A stretch of 64,000 nt of DNA, taken from Tubulanus polymorphus. Lineage: Eukaryota > Animalia > Nemertea. The translations under genes were made by a program, and so were the position numbers. Shown piece after piece: positions 1 through 15,200 of the stretch. Below the pieces are notes generated by a model that did not search any database, was not told the origin of the DNA, and saw only the letters and a list, made by a program, of their open reading frames with translations. The stretch is taken from NCBI RefSeq assembly GCF_964204645.1, contig NC_134025.1:19319101-19383100 (forward strand), read 5' to 3'. The number at the start of each line of letters is the position of its first letter. Position 1 is the stretch's first letter.

Positions 1-82
1 GAACATACAATCTAGGGGTACTAATAGATCTGAAATTACATGAATATTAACCTCAATGTAATTTTAAATGCAATCTTGCTGA

Positions 83-88
83 TTTATT
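83..88 (-). promoter_or_regulatory. Candidate STX5 polyadenylation signal AATAAA
   Basis: tttatt on + strand, ~210 nt downstream of the STX5 stop codon (300-302). Confidence 0.4.
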
Positions 89-299
89 GCCAGAGATTAC
101 AACGGGAGATGAAATGCTCATCAGACAAATTGTATAAAACGAAGGGCAGGATTGGATCAGAAAAATACAACAAGAGTTCCATCATTTCTTTCAGCTTTAA
201 CAGATTCACATCAGTTAACTGTTGTAAGATGAGTTTTATCACATTTTCAATTCGATTTGAAAAAAGTTTTTCCTTCCATCAGTTATCACGGTTTTTTCA

Positions 300-3200
300 C
301 TAGGCCATAAACACCACAAATATTATGAAGAATACTATCAGTACACCAAATATCTTGATCATTAACCATCGATTTGATGTCACCGATTGAAAATATTTCA
401 GGATTTCACCATGTGCTGCTTCAACATTCATCTGAGCATCATCAACATTTGAGTCGATTCTGTAAAAAAGAAACTCTGCTAGCATTAGGTGGTCGAATAA
501 TCAAAAAGGAACTAGGGGTCGAGGGACACCATGCCCACTTGGAATGTGCTATCAAATGCTCAACAATCTAACAACTCATATTCAACACCCCTGGTGACCA
601 TATACTGAAATCAATGACCTTGAATCTTATTCTACGAATCAACGCCCCCTGGTGACTCTTGAAACTCACCACAATCATATAACATGCCTTATGCTACAAT
701 TTTGCAATTGATTGCTGTAACACACTATTCCCAGGAAATATGCCGAGGTACCAATATAATATGGAAATACTTAGTTATTGTACTATTCAACGCCCCCTGG
801 TGGCCATATAAAACTAGGGGTCCAGGGACACCATACCCAATTGAGAAGTGGTTTCAGTTGCTCAACAATATACAAAATATGTAAAGGCACGAATATAATA
901 TAGAAATACTAAGTTATTGTATTATTCAGCGCCCCCTGTGGCCATGTACAAAAACCAATGACCTTGAAACTCACCAAAATCATAGAACACGTTATGAGCT
1001 ACAACTTTCCAATTGATTGTGGTAAAAAATATGCTTAGGTATCAATGTAATGTGGAAAAACGTTTTTCCACCTACGAATGAGTACTGACGACACCAAGAT
1101 GGCTGCCAATTGCGTCATAATTGGCTGATCAAAAATACCAGTCTCAGGTATAAAAGATCCCTTACCAAAGAATACCCATCACTAATTGCAATGAAAAATG
1201 GCAAACCAGTAGGAAGCTACAGGATTCAGAATTCAGGCAAAAATTGACATTTTTGGGCGCCAAAAAGGTCCTAGACAGCTATCTTGAGTTCAATTGACCC
1301 AATTATCCTTATGCTGATGAGCCCTTGGGGAATTCAAATATATCCCAACGATCAAGATGATTTATCAATGCGTCTTCAAGATTTCCCTCCAAAATAAAGG
1401 ACCATGGGTCCAGTAGGATCAACTGAGTACGTTTTAGTTTTGAGCACAAAAATCGATTCGTTCTTGGATTTGCAATTACGTATAAACAGCTGATAACGAT
1501 GAAATAAATCATCATGGTGCACTGTGTAGTAAGCATGTTCAACTTAGTTGATATACATGGTACTGGGTTTTCCCTATGAGTCACAAGTACCTGGTAGAAC
1601 AGTTCTCTATAATGATGTCACTGGGAAAGCCCTTCTAGAGGGATTTCCAAGTGATGCCCTTCTGAAGGGCTTTCCCTGTGATGTCATAAAACTAGGTCAA
1701 GCATCAATTAGTAGAATCGGAAAAAATTTATTGAAATTGCACATTTTCTCCCAGTACTTCCAAACGGCTTAGAGCTGATGGACGAAACCGGCCATATTAA
1801 TTCCACCATCCATTTTCCACCTATTGACAAAAATATCAGCTGTGCATATACAGTGGTTACAATTTGTGCCACAAAGAGCTAACAGAAACTAACTAGGGGT
1901 CCAGGGACACCATGCCCACTTGGGAAGTGGTTTCAAATGGTCAACAATCTAACAATTTCACTATTCAGGAAATACTAAGTTATTCTACTATTCAACGCCC
2001 CCTGGTTACCATATTCAAAACCCAATAACCTTGTAACTCACCATAATCATAGAACATATCATGAACTACAATTTTGCAATTGATCATGGTAACAAAATAT
2101 GCCTAGGTACCAATATAATAAGGATATACTAAGTCATTCTACTATTCAACGCCCCTGGTGACCATATAGAATAACTTATGTCCTTAAAACTCACCACAAT
2201 CATAGACGATGCCATGAGCTACAACTTTGCAATTGATTGTGGTAACAAAATATGCATAGGTATGACTATAATATAGAAATACTAAGTTATTGTATCATTC
2301 AACACCCCCTGGTGGCCATATACAAAAATAAATGATCTTGAAACTCACTGAAATCGTAGAACACAATATGGGCTACAACTTTCCAAACAATTGTTGTAAC
2401 AAAATATGCTTAGGTATCAATATAATGTGGAAAAACTTTTTCCCAACTACGAATGAGTACTGATGCCACCAAGATGGCCGCCAATTGCATCATAATTGGC
2501 TGATCAAAAATACCGTTCTCATGTTTAAAATATCCTTTTCCAAAGAATACCCATCACAAATTGCGATGAGAAATAGCAACCAGTAGGAATCTACAGGACT
2601 CACAATTCAGACCAAAATTGACATTGTTGGGCACTAAAAAGGATCTTGAGTCCGATCGACCCAATTTTTCTCATGCTGATGGCCCTTGGGGGATTCAAAT
2701 ACATATGAAAGATCAAGGTAATTGATCAAAGCATCTTCAAAATTTCCCTCAAAAAGTTCAAAAATGTGTAAAAAGTGCTGATTTTGGCGAACAGTCGGTC
2801 ATCTTGATTCCGACAGTGCCAGTTTTTGGGCTGAAGATGTGTCTAGGGTAGATACATGTGTAACCCAAATATCAAGACATTACATTAAAGCGTCTTCAAA
2901 AACTGGATTCCGTCTACGGACGGAGGGATGGACGCTATGAAGGACGAACAGACAGACGACAGACGAAAAGTGAACGAAATAGCCCACTGGGACTAAAGTC
3001 CCAAGTGGGCTAAAAATATAGCTTAATAAATCTGGACTGAGTGAGTTTGACCATAAAAGGTGAGACATATGGTAATAACACAATTACCTTTGCACCATTT
3101 CTTCTTGTTCTTTAACCATATGTGCTAGTTGTTGAAAAATACCTCCTAATTCAACAATAGTCTGTTCTATATTTTGCATAGTATCTGCCCGACTCTGAAT

Positions 3201-6200
3201 ATAGGAATCCTAGAATGTAAAATCGTTATTCCTGTATCTTAAATTTCAGGTAATAAGGGTCAAAATCTCTTTGCTTCATTATATTGTAATGTTTTTTTAT
3301 TGTAATGTCTTTTTCTCTCCTTTTTACTCTCCATTTCCTGTATTGTCCACTTTATTGAATATTGCCAAACCGATGTTATGTAAATTGTTCAAAATTATTA
3401 AGGATCAATAAAGTTAATTTGGGTTGAATTTGGTTATCAATTTATTATGTATGCCAGGTCTGATTATATTGTATTCAAGGGGAGGGGGTCTAGGTGTGTG
3501 TCTCAAACCATCAGTAATCCAGCTTGAATAATGACGCTATATAGTTGCCAAGTTGTGAAAGTGGCATCACTGGTCCCGGAGTGCTCGCATGAAACATCAC
3601 GATAGGGATTTACCATTGACACAGAACAATAAAGAAACTTCTATCAAACCCATTTTTGTTTAAGCGAATATATTGACAGTGTATTCCACATGTAGAGGTG
3701 GTCCTGGAAAACTAAGTACTTATGCATGGGGGAGTTGTGTACAGAATTTTGCATACATAATAGATGGACGATCCTTTAAGATGAACATTATACAGGTACT
3801 CAATCACAGACTGTATCACAATCATTGACAACATTGCAAATCAAGATTGCTTCGTTAGATTTTGGACATTTATTTCATCCATGGAAATATCAGCAAACGG
3901 GAACCCCAGCTCCTCAAAAATCCACTAATCACCCCTAGTAATATTGTATTTTACTCAGTACCCTCAGTGTTTATGATAAACAATAGCTTTCCTAGACTGG
4001 TAACCAGTTTCTATTCTTAATTAGCATGTTTCATGATTTGTTAAAGCTTCTAAACTTTATCAAATCATGAAAAACACAATCCTGAATGCTCGCGGAGAAC
4101 ATCTTATTGAGAATCTAGTGCTTATCGCTAAGGGTGCTGATGAATTTCAAAGATCAAAAGGCAGCAGTACAATGATGTCATGGAGTGGGTGTTCCCATTC
4201 GCTCACATTTCTTTTCAAATATGGTTCTGACACAAGGGCTCAATTATATACACAGTGTTTCACTTACCTGTTCATCTATAAGTTGTAATTGTTGTTGATA
4301 TCTATCACGATCAACATGATCCATATCTATAGATACTTGGCCTGAATTTGTTGCTTCATCTTGAAGCAATATTGAACCTGCTGAAATGATAGAAACATGA
4401 TTAGTGATACAGTTAGCCCCTTGGATGCAAAAAATTTAGGGCTTTTTGAAATCGATCAACATCACTCAATGTTTGAATAATTATACCATTCATTCATTCA
4501 TGAAGTAGAAGTGTCTATGTACTAAATATTGTTAAGCAGGGACACTCAATACTGCTAAGTAAAAAATACCCCTAGGGGAATACACACATATGTGAAATAT
4601 CAAGGCAAGTGGTCAAAGCATCTTCAAAATTTTCCTTGAAAACTTCAGCTAGAAGATCAAAGGTCCTGTGCTCTTAAGCTCCTGCTTTAATTAACACAGT
4701 ACAATTGTGATTTTTTTGGAAGTAGGCCTAACACAGGCAGTAGCAAATAAATGCTTTGGATTAATTTTTCCTCTCAATGATATGCGATTAATTCATACTG
4801 AACAAAACTTAAATAAGATAGATTTGATGTTTTTGCTGAATAAAATAAAATTGGATTTGGTCGCTTTAATCAGACAAAATTTGATTTGAATTTGATATTT
4901 CAAGCGGAATAAAATACAATTGTCGAAGATAAATTTTCTGCTGTGTATTTGAAAATGTAATTCCATAAACTGATTCAATTCATATTATATACTGACTGCA
5001 TCAGTGATTTAAGATTTTGGCGGTATAAAATGGTATATCATCGGTTTATCTTTACTAGTTCCGATATGAAATCCAATTTTTTTCTCTCTGAAATATCATG
5101 ACGTTAGGCTAATCTCTTAGTAAGCTCATCACTTCAATTTCTACAGACTCATTGATTCAAGAAATTGAGTACACGCAAAATTATATTTCAGAAAGGATGT
5201 TATATTTTCTCTTACTTACCTTGGTTTGTCCTATTATACGGAGTCATCGTAGTTAATTCTGAAAACTGCTCTCTACGTGATTTTTGTTGCTTCAGATTCT
5301 GAAATAAATCCAATTATGACATTAGTTATGAATCTATATAAGACTACTCATGTAGCGTTGTTATATTCTCAATGAATATTTGTGATATTCCAATAATAAT
5401 ACTTACTTCAGTTCGTACTTCTAAAACGGATTTGAACTCATTTGACATCGAGGCAAGTTTCGACTGAAAAATATGTATGTTACCAGAGGCGTATTAAAAA
5501 TGGCATTCAGGTGCGAAGGTGTAGGGAACATGTATCTATGTAAAAAAGGTCACATGACATCATGTTCTCGAACCACACACCACCAGTGTGAAAAAGAACC
5601 TATCACATGAGATGGCCCTGGATAAATTATAGCTGTATTGTTTGTCAGCGCAATGATAGAAATAAATTGCCCATGGGCAGAGTGTGGTTTACCTTGAAAG
5701 CTAGAGGTGATTTGGAGTAAGGGCATTGCCTGAAAAATCTTTTTAATTCGTGACTTCAAAGTTCTACAAGTTTATATTGTATTTTATCTTTCTAACAGAA
5801 TTATTTTGTAGTCAAATAAGACCAAAGATACACATTTGTTACGGTTCACACGTACAACATTTCGTAGGGTACATGTAGGCGCGGCAGGGAAAGTATTTTA
5901 TATTTTCAAAAAAATATTTTCCACAATATGAACAAATATTCAAATAAAATTCATACAATGTCACATATCAGAGGGTGGCTGAATATTGAGTCCTGGAAAC
6001 CTCTTCCAATGTAAGGCCGCGGAAGCTAAAGTACCGGTACAGTTAGAAATCGGTGTATTAGATCGTTTTAAATCCTGGAATTTACCACTACAATATTCAG
6101 ACCTCGACCTATACCTATAGTTTGCTGCTTAGTATTTTCAGGTCACAAGAAATTACAATTTATTACAAATTCTATCAAACAGAAAACACAGCGCTCATCT

Positions 6201-9200
6201 TCAGCCTATTTCATGTCAAACGTGCATCGCCACATATGTAGTAGTGTATACTGTACGTTTTGTTTGTGTGTGTTTGTGTGCAACAGTCTAATGATAAGAA
6301 CTCCACGCGCATGGAGGCCTTGTTTAAGTGAATGTCAATCAAAACAATCACCAGGTTTTAAAATGAAACAAGACCTATGTCGGATATGTGAAATAATTAC
6401 ATTCTCACCAGCAATGAGCATTTGAAATTCGCACGTATATGGCACCTAGTCCAATAAAAAGTTTGCCATTCTATGGCTTTCCCATTGTATTTTAGTAGCG
6501 CCGGAATTCCCAGTATATCCCAAAAACAGCCAATCACATTCGCTCATAGAGACGACGAGGTCATTGCAATTTTATACGCAAGAGATAAGAATTTTTCCGC
6601 CAAAAAGATTTTCGCCAAATTTTAACAAAGTTGACCATCTCATCGACGGAGGTTCGCCATGTCTTCAATCTCATTGATTATGCGTTGTTTAAGCCGAGAA
6701 CCAATGAAACAAATGCTCACAAAAAATGTACTGCGATTTTACATGAATTGGCTCAATGCCAACTTCATATCGCTGATATAGGTAAACCAAAAAGTGACAG
6801 TCCATTCACAACTTGAGAACACAGTCTCAAGATCTCGGGACAGGAATGAATAGTTTGACTACAGCCATTCTTAAATCTACAAAATGAAGTCACACTCCAG
6901 GTTACACTACTTGTCCAGAGACACTTCACCTGACTAGGGAGGGGGGATTTGGGCAAAACTATTTGAGCATCATTATTCTAATTGACCATGTTTTTGGTGT
7001 ACAATGCCTCTCGTAAATTATAAGATTATGCACGTATCTAAAAAAAACCCTGTCACCCCCTATCCAGGAATATGATGATATGGCGTCGGAATCCTAGGGT
7101 ACTGAACTCAAAAAATGTCGTTTCTGAGTCAAATTTCTAACCATGGTTATCATTCATCTTCCGTATGAAAGTCATTTCCCTGCCGTTTTACCATCAGCAC
7201 AACGAAATAACAAATAAACAAGGGTTAGTTTTAATAAAATGCTCATGGGCAAAGTGGTCTACCTTGAAAACTAGGGCTTGTTTCCAAGGGCATTGCCTCT
7301 AAAGAGTTTTTAGCGTTCAGAGTTGTATCTTATATTCCATTATTATCTAAATCATTTCGTAGTTAAATTAGGGCAAAAATCTATATATTTGTTAGTGGTT
7401 TATGTCCAAAATTTGGTAGGGTAGCTAGATGATAATGATATGAATATTTTGAAAAATGAATATTGCGAAAAAATATTTTTTACAATCTGAAAAATATTTT
7501 TTTCTCAATTAAAGTTGGTGGCTGAATATTGTCCTGCCTCTTCAAATGTAACCGCAAACGCTGATCTACTGTTAAAACGGCAACATGAATAATATCTTTT
7601 TTCAAAATTAAATTTATATATCACTCATCAGAGGGTGGCTAAATATTGTTTTGGCAACCTCATCATAGCCGCGGATGCTGAGAAACGGTTAAACTGGCTT
7701 ATAAGTGGATCATTTTAAACCCCGGATTTTACCACCAAAAATATTGATCTCGACTTTGTATATATTATAAAGGACCAATGGTCCAGTGGCTCGCCAAACT
7801 GGTGTAAAGTAAAAAATCTGTCACGTAGGCTACTGGTATGCAAAATTTCATTTCATTGAAAATTCAACAAGAAAAAAATATAAAAAGGACTCAATTTTGG
7901 TCAGTGTGAACTTTTAATGGTCACTGACTTTAAACGAAAGTTCTTAGAAATCTTCGGAAAATTGATTATGGGCCTTTTGTAAGAACAAATGTTCATAATT
8001 TTTATACATCCCTAGAATGACATAAAACTACTAAAACTATGAGTCACCCGTTAAGATACGGTACAAACCTGGTGAGAGCCTAGGTTTAATCCGAAGTTTT
8101 TTATTATCATATAAGGACCAACAATCACGACAGAAGCTCCAAAGTTCTTCAAATTTGAGGCCAGTGCCGGTTACTGACGAAACAAAGTTTATCGACTGAC
8201 ATGGTTTTTAATAATTTCATGATAGAATTGCTTTAAGTAGCTTACATCTTCACTCAGACAAATGATCGTTACGCGCAATATACACCTTGCCGCACGTACT
8301 CTATTACTGATACATACACTCAGTGAACACGAGAGTATAAGGCGATATTGCCTACACGACTGTACACGACTGTTTTCAACGCGACCGCCCATCACTGTGC
8401 CGCAGTTAACGAACTAATACTAATAATCAGGATCCAAAACGGATCACTTATGCTTCAATTAATGATGATTAAACAAGTATTCCAGTCGTGTCTAAAAATC
8501 TGATGCTACAGTATATCAGCCGTGTGGCAAACACGTAGTAAATTTCCGCATATTGAAACCACATTTTCGTCAGATATCTTGATGCAACGTTACCTTATGC
8601 ATGGGATACAGGGATGTGATTTTTCCGGCTTAAACCGGATTTCCGGCCTTTGGTACCAAAATATTGACCCCCTGGGATTTGCACAGATCCGTTGAGAGAA
8701 GTGGGGGGGGGGGGGGTGAGGTACTCTGCTGACTGACGATTGGTACCGGTGAGCCATAAAAGCGTTCAAGACCGGACAATCAGAAGTCTTTTTTTGTGCT
8801 GGATTGTTGCGCTGTGTCAGAATTCGACGACGATCGACGACCCTCGAGCAAGTGTTGAGCTTTGTTTCTATGGAGAGATTGATCGATATAATTAGCGTTA
8901 TACATGCTACTAATAGAAAACGTGCCGTACACAGTATAGAAGTATAACACGAGATAGAAGAAGGTGCGGCAGTATAAAGGTAAAATTTTTAAACAATTAG
9001 ACTGGCCAGTAACATCATGACGGCCAAGTATTAGAACTATAGTTTTCAAATTGGATTAAAGACCTTAAAAAATACTCATGATGACTTTTTACGTAGTAAA
9101 AACGGGCGATAACCGGTAGATCAAAACGGCAACATCTGATGACTGAATTCTGAAATAAAATTTTTTCAATTTAACTATTAGACTTGATTTTGATTTTTAG

Positions 9201-12200
9201 ATGTGGTCCCATAAACGTTTTCTGTTACAAAATGATCCTTCAGTGAGAGAAATCGATGCCAAAGCAAAGAATAGATTCATTTGGTCATGGTTGAATGAAA
9301 AATCGACCGTAGAGAGTGGTGGAAAAACATACGATCTCAAGTGCGATTGTCTCGCAAAAAGCACTGAATGCGGACTACTTTGGTGCCGTATCTGCCAAGA
9401 CTCTATCAATTATGCATCAAGTGGGAAAAAGGCCTTGATTAAACACTTATAGCCCAAACATATTAGAAATTACGACGAACAGAAACAAAATATGAAAATA
9501 ACATCTGCAAGTGGCGTCGTTGCTGTTGCCGCGCCTACTAATACAGGTCGAAAGATATTGTCAGAGCGGATAAGTAATGCTCAGGGAATGGTTATCGGGG
9601 TGATAGCAGCAAATAGTCTACCACTGTTTGTAGCTCCCGTTTTGATTGATTTGTCCAAGGAATTGGCCAAAGACCCGGAAGTCATGTCCAAAATTTCTAT
9701 GGACCGTACATCGTGTGGTTATAAACTTAACTACGGTGTCCATCGGTATATGCAGGATTCGACAGTCGAAAAATTAAAAGCCGCTCCGTTTTGTTTGAAC
9801 ATAGACGAGGCCAAGTCAAATACCAAAAAGTGTGTACTGGGTATATTGGCCAGTTACCGTAAAAACCGGCGTATAAGTCGAGTTTTTAACCCTTGATTTT
9901 ACCACTAAATTATTGACCTCGACTTATACGCCGAGTACAGTTTTCTACTAAGTATTTTCAGGTCACAAGAAATATTGATTCTACCAGATAAAAAAGACAG
10001 TGTTCATCTTCTCACTGCTATAACAGTTTCAATAATTATTCATGATAAATAAAGCTATTTAATGAAAAAAACCTCTTTCATTTTGACACGGCTTCATTTA
10101 AAACGATGTATTCATATATGCGCGCTCATAGCAGCGCTTAATACATTAGGCTATATATAGGCTATATATAGAGTGTGACTCACACTACTGTATCACTGTA
10201 TGGTAGTGTATTATACCCGAGTGTGTGTGTAACAGTCTATTGATTAACACACAGCAGCAATCAGGCCAATGCACAGTGGCGTGCGTGAAGGCACACATCG
10301 TTATCAAAACAAACTATTCAATACAATGATACTAGTAATTATTCTTCTAAAAGAAGGGACTCGACTTATAAGCATATAAGGATATATGTTAAAATCATGA
10401 AATGTAGATCTAAAAATCGACCTCGACTTATACGCCGCGTAGACTTATACGCCGGTTTTTACGGTATTTTTCCGTCCAGGATGGAAAAGTCGTGATTGAG
10501 CATTTGGACGCACTTAGCTTGATATCCGTTAACACAGCTTCGATTCTTGGTGGTTTAGACAGCTTGTTTGAACTAGGGATCCAGGGACACCATGCCCACT
10601 TGGGAAGTGGTTTCAAATGCTCAACAATATAACAATTTCAATATTCAACGCCCTCTGGTGACCATATACAAAAATCAATGACCTTGAAACTCAATACAAT
10701 CATAAAACATGTCAGCAGCTACGATTTTGTAATTGATTGTGATAACAAAAAATGCCTCGTTACCAATTTAATATGAAAATACTAAGTTATTCTACTATTC
10801 AACGCCCCCTGGTGACCATATTCAAAACCCAATAACCCTGTAACTCACCATATTCATAGAACATGTCATGAACTACAACTTTGCAATTGATCATGGTAAC
10901 AAAATATGCCTAGGTACCAATATAATAAGGAAATACCAGGTTATTCTACTATTCAACGCCCCCTGGTGACCATATATAATAACTAATTTCCTTAAAACTC
11001 ACCACAATCATAGATGATGTCATGAGCTACAACTTTGCAATTGATTGCGGTAACAAAATATGTATTGGTACAAATATAATATAGGAATACTAAGATATTG
11101 TATTATTCAACGCCCCCTGGTGGCCATATACAAAAAACAATGAACTTGAAACTCACCCCAATCATAGAACACGTTATACGCTACAACTTTCTAATTAATT
11201 GTTGTAACAAAATATGCTCAGGTAACAATATAATGTCGAAAAACTTTTTCCCACCTACGAATGAGTACGAATGACACCAAGATGGCCGCCAATTGCGTCA
11301 TAATTGGCGGATCAAAAATACCTGTCTCAGGTATAAAACATCCCTTTACAAAGAATACCCATCACAAATTGCAATGAGAAATGGCAAACCAGTCGGAAGC
11401 TACAGGACCTAGAATTCTGGCCAAAATTGACATTTTTGGGCACTAAAAAGGTCATAGGATGGCCATCTTGAGTCAGATGGACCCAATCTTTCTTATGCTG
11501 ATGAACCCTTGGTAGATTCAAATATAATCGAAAGATCAAGGTAATTGATCAAATCGTCTTCAATATTTCCCTCGTAAACTTCGAAAATGTGTAAAAAGTG
11601 CTGATTTTGGCGAACAACAATGGCTGCCAGTCGGCCATCTTGATTCTGATAGGCCAGTTTTTGGGCTGAAGATGTGTCTAGGGTAGATACATGTGTAAAC
11701 CAAATATCAAGACGTTACCTTGAAGCGTCTTCAAAACTTCCCAAAATAACTGGATTCCGTCTACGGACGGACAGACGACGGACGAAAAGTGAACGCAATA
11801 GCCCGCTGGGACTAAAGTCCCAAGTGGGCTAAAAACTGTCAATTTCCTCGAGCAACCTTCTTGCAATTCTTATGGATTCGTGCTCTGTGATGAGAGGTTC
11901 GAAAAATGGTCTCGAAGTTAAAATACGCCAGGAAAAGAATCCGTTGCTTCTTGATGTAGATGGGGACATCTGCCACCATCTGCATATTGCTGCGAAACAG
12001 TTTGCTAAACCATTTGAAGGAAATGTTGATGGACTTTTCAGTGACGTCCATAACGATTTTAAATGGTCTGCAGACCTCAATGACTGGCTCAAAGAGATTT
12101 GTTTCTTGTTAGATGTACCGTATACTGTTCCAGAAAGATTTGTCAGTCATAGATGGCTGTCGGCTTATGACTGCGCTATTTTTACGATTAAAATGTGGGA

Positions 12201-15200
12201 TGCCTTCGTAGTTTTCTACTACGCATTTTTAGCGTCTGAAACGGCCACATATACAGATATGATATTGAGTATGTTCCGTAAACGCGGCACTAGTGTAGAG
12301 GCAAGAGCTCGTATCAAATCCATTTGGGAAGAGTTGCGAATTAAAGCCAAAAAGCTGACCGACGATGGCAAACAGCGTAAGAAACGAATCGTCGATAAAT
12401 TATTGTTTAAGCCGAAGGAAGCGAAGTTAATCATCAACTTGTATATATCGGTTTATCCGTTGTTATCCAAGTACGTAAAGTTGTTCCAGGGATCGGATCC
12501 TCTCATTCATGTACTTCATGATAAAATTGAAGAACTGTTTAGAGAATTTCTATCATGTTTTGTGAAACAAGAAGAAATCATTGATGCAGACGTCAATCAG
12601 CTGAAATCCATGGATTTGGATGAAAGTAGCTCACGCTTACCGAGGAAAGAGTTTTTCGTTGGATGAAAAGAACACTAATGTAGTAAAAGACCACGGTCGT
12701 GACTCCGTGGTCACAGCGTTTCTGGCCAACACTGAGACGGCATATGTAGAGTGTGGAAAAACACTACAGAGGAAGTTACCATTACAAAACCAATTCCTAA
12801 TGGCAGTTTCAGCCATAGACCCGGCATGCCCAAAGCACCACGCCATGATGAATAGCCTCTTACAGCTGAAGAATTTGGTTGGTATTCTGGAAGAGTCGGA
12901 ACTTGAACAGTACGACCTTGAAGTGCGAAGGTAAATTAATTATACGTGTACATCTATAACTATTTTTACGTGAGCTTTGATGCCAATTTAAAAAGAAATA
13001 ATTTGTATCCTTGTCCTGGGTCTATGTATTTTTAATAGATGAGTATTCCCGATGTTTTTATTTTGAATGGTTTCTGGTTGACAAGTCTTTGCCGCTATAA
13101 TATAAATTATATTATAAGATCGATGAAAAAACTGGAAAACCAACTCTGAGAGCGGATGTATATATAATATATATAATAAGTTTATTTCTTCACTAAAGAG
13201 ATACAATACAGAAATACAGTCATCACTATTACATAAAAGAAAAGTTACAGAAAGTACTTCTACACTGTAAAGCGTAGTAAAGAAAAAGGACAAAAAGGGA
13301 CCCCAAAGGGGGGTATACTTTTAATGAAAAAAGCCTAATGCCCTGGCGGAATGGATGGACATGATGTTAAACACAAGTATGATAAGTATTAATACAATCC
13401 TATTATATGTCTTTTCAAATTCCGCTTGAATATATCGATGTTGGATGCTTGCTGAAGTTCAGTTGGAAGAGAATTCCAGACTCTAATACAATTAATGTTA
13501 GGAGAAAACATCCTGATATTGGTTCTGTAATAAGGTAAACGAAATTGATTAGAGTTACGGGTGTTGTGGGAATGAAGATCAGAAATACGAATTAAACTAT
13601 TGGACAATTTGACAGGCAGCAACACATGGACAGATTTATACATCAGTACAGAATTTTGGAACACATTGATGTCTTGAAGTTTGAGTTGATACGACTTTTT
13701 GAACAGTGGAGTAGTGTGTTCTAGAAAATTTACCCCACTAGCAATGCGAATAGCGCGTTTTTGAAGCAAAATAAGGGGTCGTAACCTAGTTACATAATTA
13801 GATGCCCAGACGATATTACAGTACTGTAGATACGGAAGGATGAAACCGTTGAATAACTTGATGAGCGCGGATCTAGGAAAAATACGTCGTGCTTTTCTTA
13901 ATACACCAATATTTCTGCTAACAATAGAGCACAGCTTGTTTATGTGGGAGTTCCATGTTAGGCTGTCGTCAATTATTACACCAAGGAATTTTGTTTCTCT
14001 GTTTCTAGTTATTGAAACATTACCCATTACAAGGTCGATATCATCAAGAATATTGATCTTTTTATGGAAAAGCATATAATTCGTTTTCAACAGATTAGCA
14101 GATAGCCTATTGGAGTTTAGCCAGTTAAACAGTTTAGTGAGCTCAACATTAGTATTTGATTGCAGTATATTCAGATCGGAATGAGAGTTAATGGCAGTCG
14201 TATCGTCAGCAAATAGTAAAAAGTTTAAATTACAAGAATAAACGATGTCATTAACAAACAAAATGAATAGCAAGGGCCCTAAGATGGAACCCTGAGGTAC
14301 CCCTATAGGAATGGGACTGACATCAGATAAATAGTTCTTGAACGACACTTGCTGTAAGCGGTTAGTGAGGTAGGATTTGAACCATGAATGAGCAACCCCT
14401 CGAATTCCGTAACTATACAACTTGTCTAATAATATAGAATGATCAATAGTGTCAAATGCTTTTTTTAAATCAAGCATGATACTAACAGTAAATTTTCCAT
14501 TATCTAGATTCTCAGTGATGTAATTAGTAAATGCGATTAAAGCATGTGACGTGGAGAGACCTTTTCGAAAACCGAATTGGTTACATGAGAGAATATTGTG
14601 TTTATCAATAAAAGAAGATAACCTGTTGCTAACAGCTTTTTCAAAAAGTTTTGAAAATGCTGGTAAAAGTGAAATGGGGCGGTAATTGGACACATTATTT
14701 ATAACACCGGATTTATAAACAGGGACTACCCTAGCCATTTTGATACCCGATGGGACAATACCAGTAACAAATGAATTGTTAATTACATGCATTAACGGTT
14801 TGCAAATATGCTCGATAGACTGTTTAAAAATAAACATAGGGATTTCATCCCATCCAGATGAAGTTTTGCCTATAAACTGTGAAACAATGTCATGAATTTC
14901 TATTTCAGTAACCGGAAACATAAAGAAATTATCAGATATGTTAGTTACATGTGTTTCCCTATTGGGTTCTGGTTGCGGTATATCGCTAGCAATAGAGGAG
15001 CCTATAGTACTAAAATAATCATTAAATAGATTAGCAATAGCTTTACAATTATTTATAACAGTACCACAGGAGTCTAATAAGGCAGATGGTAATTTTGGAG
15101 GGCCCTTCAAGGCTAAGGTCTTTTTAATGACGTTCCATGTATCCTTTACCTTGGATTTAGAAAAATCAATGCAAGAAGCGTAATACGAACGCTCTGCGAA

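Noticed and set aside
10640-11130. Regularly spaced ATTCAACGCCCCCTGGTG.CCATA repeats resembling a CRISPR array
   Set aside because: The ~130-bp intervening sequences are homologous to each other (tandem units), the context is eukaryotic and there are no cas genes; this is the interior of a HINE
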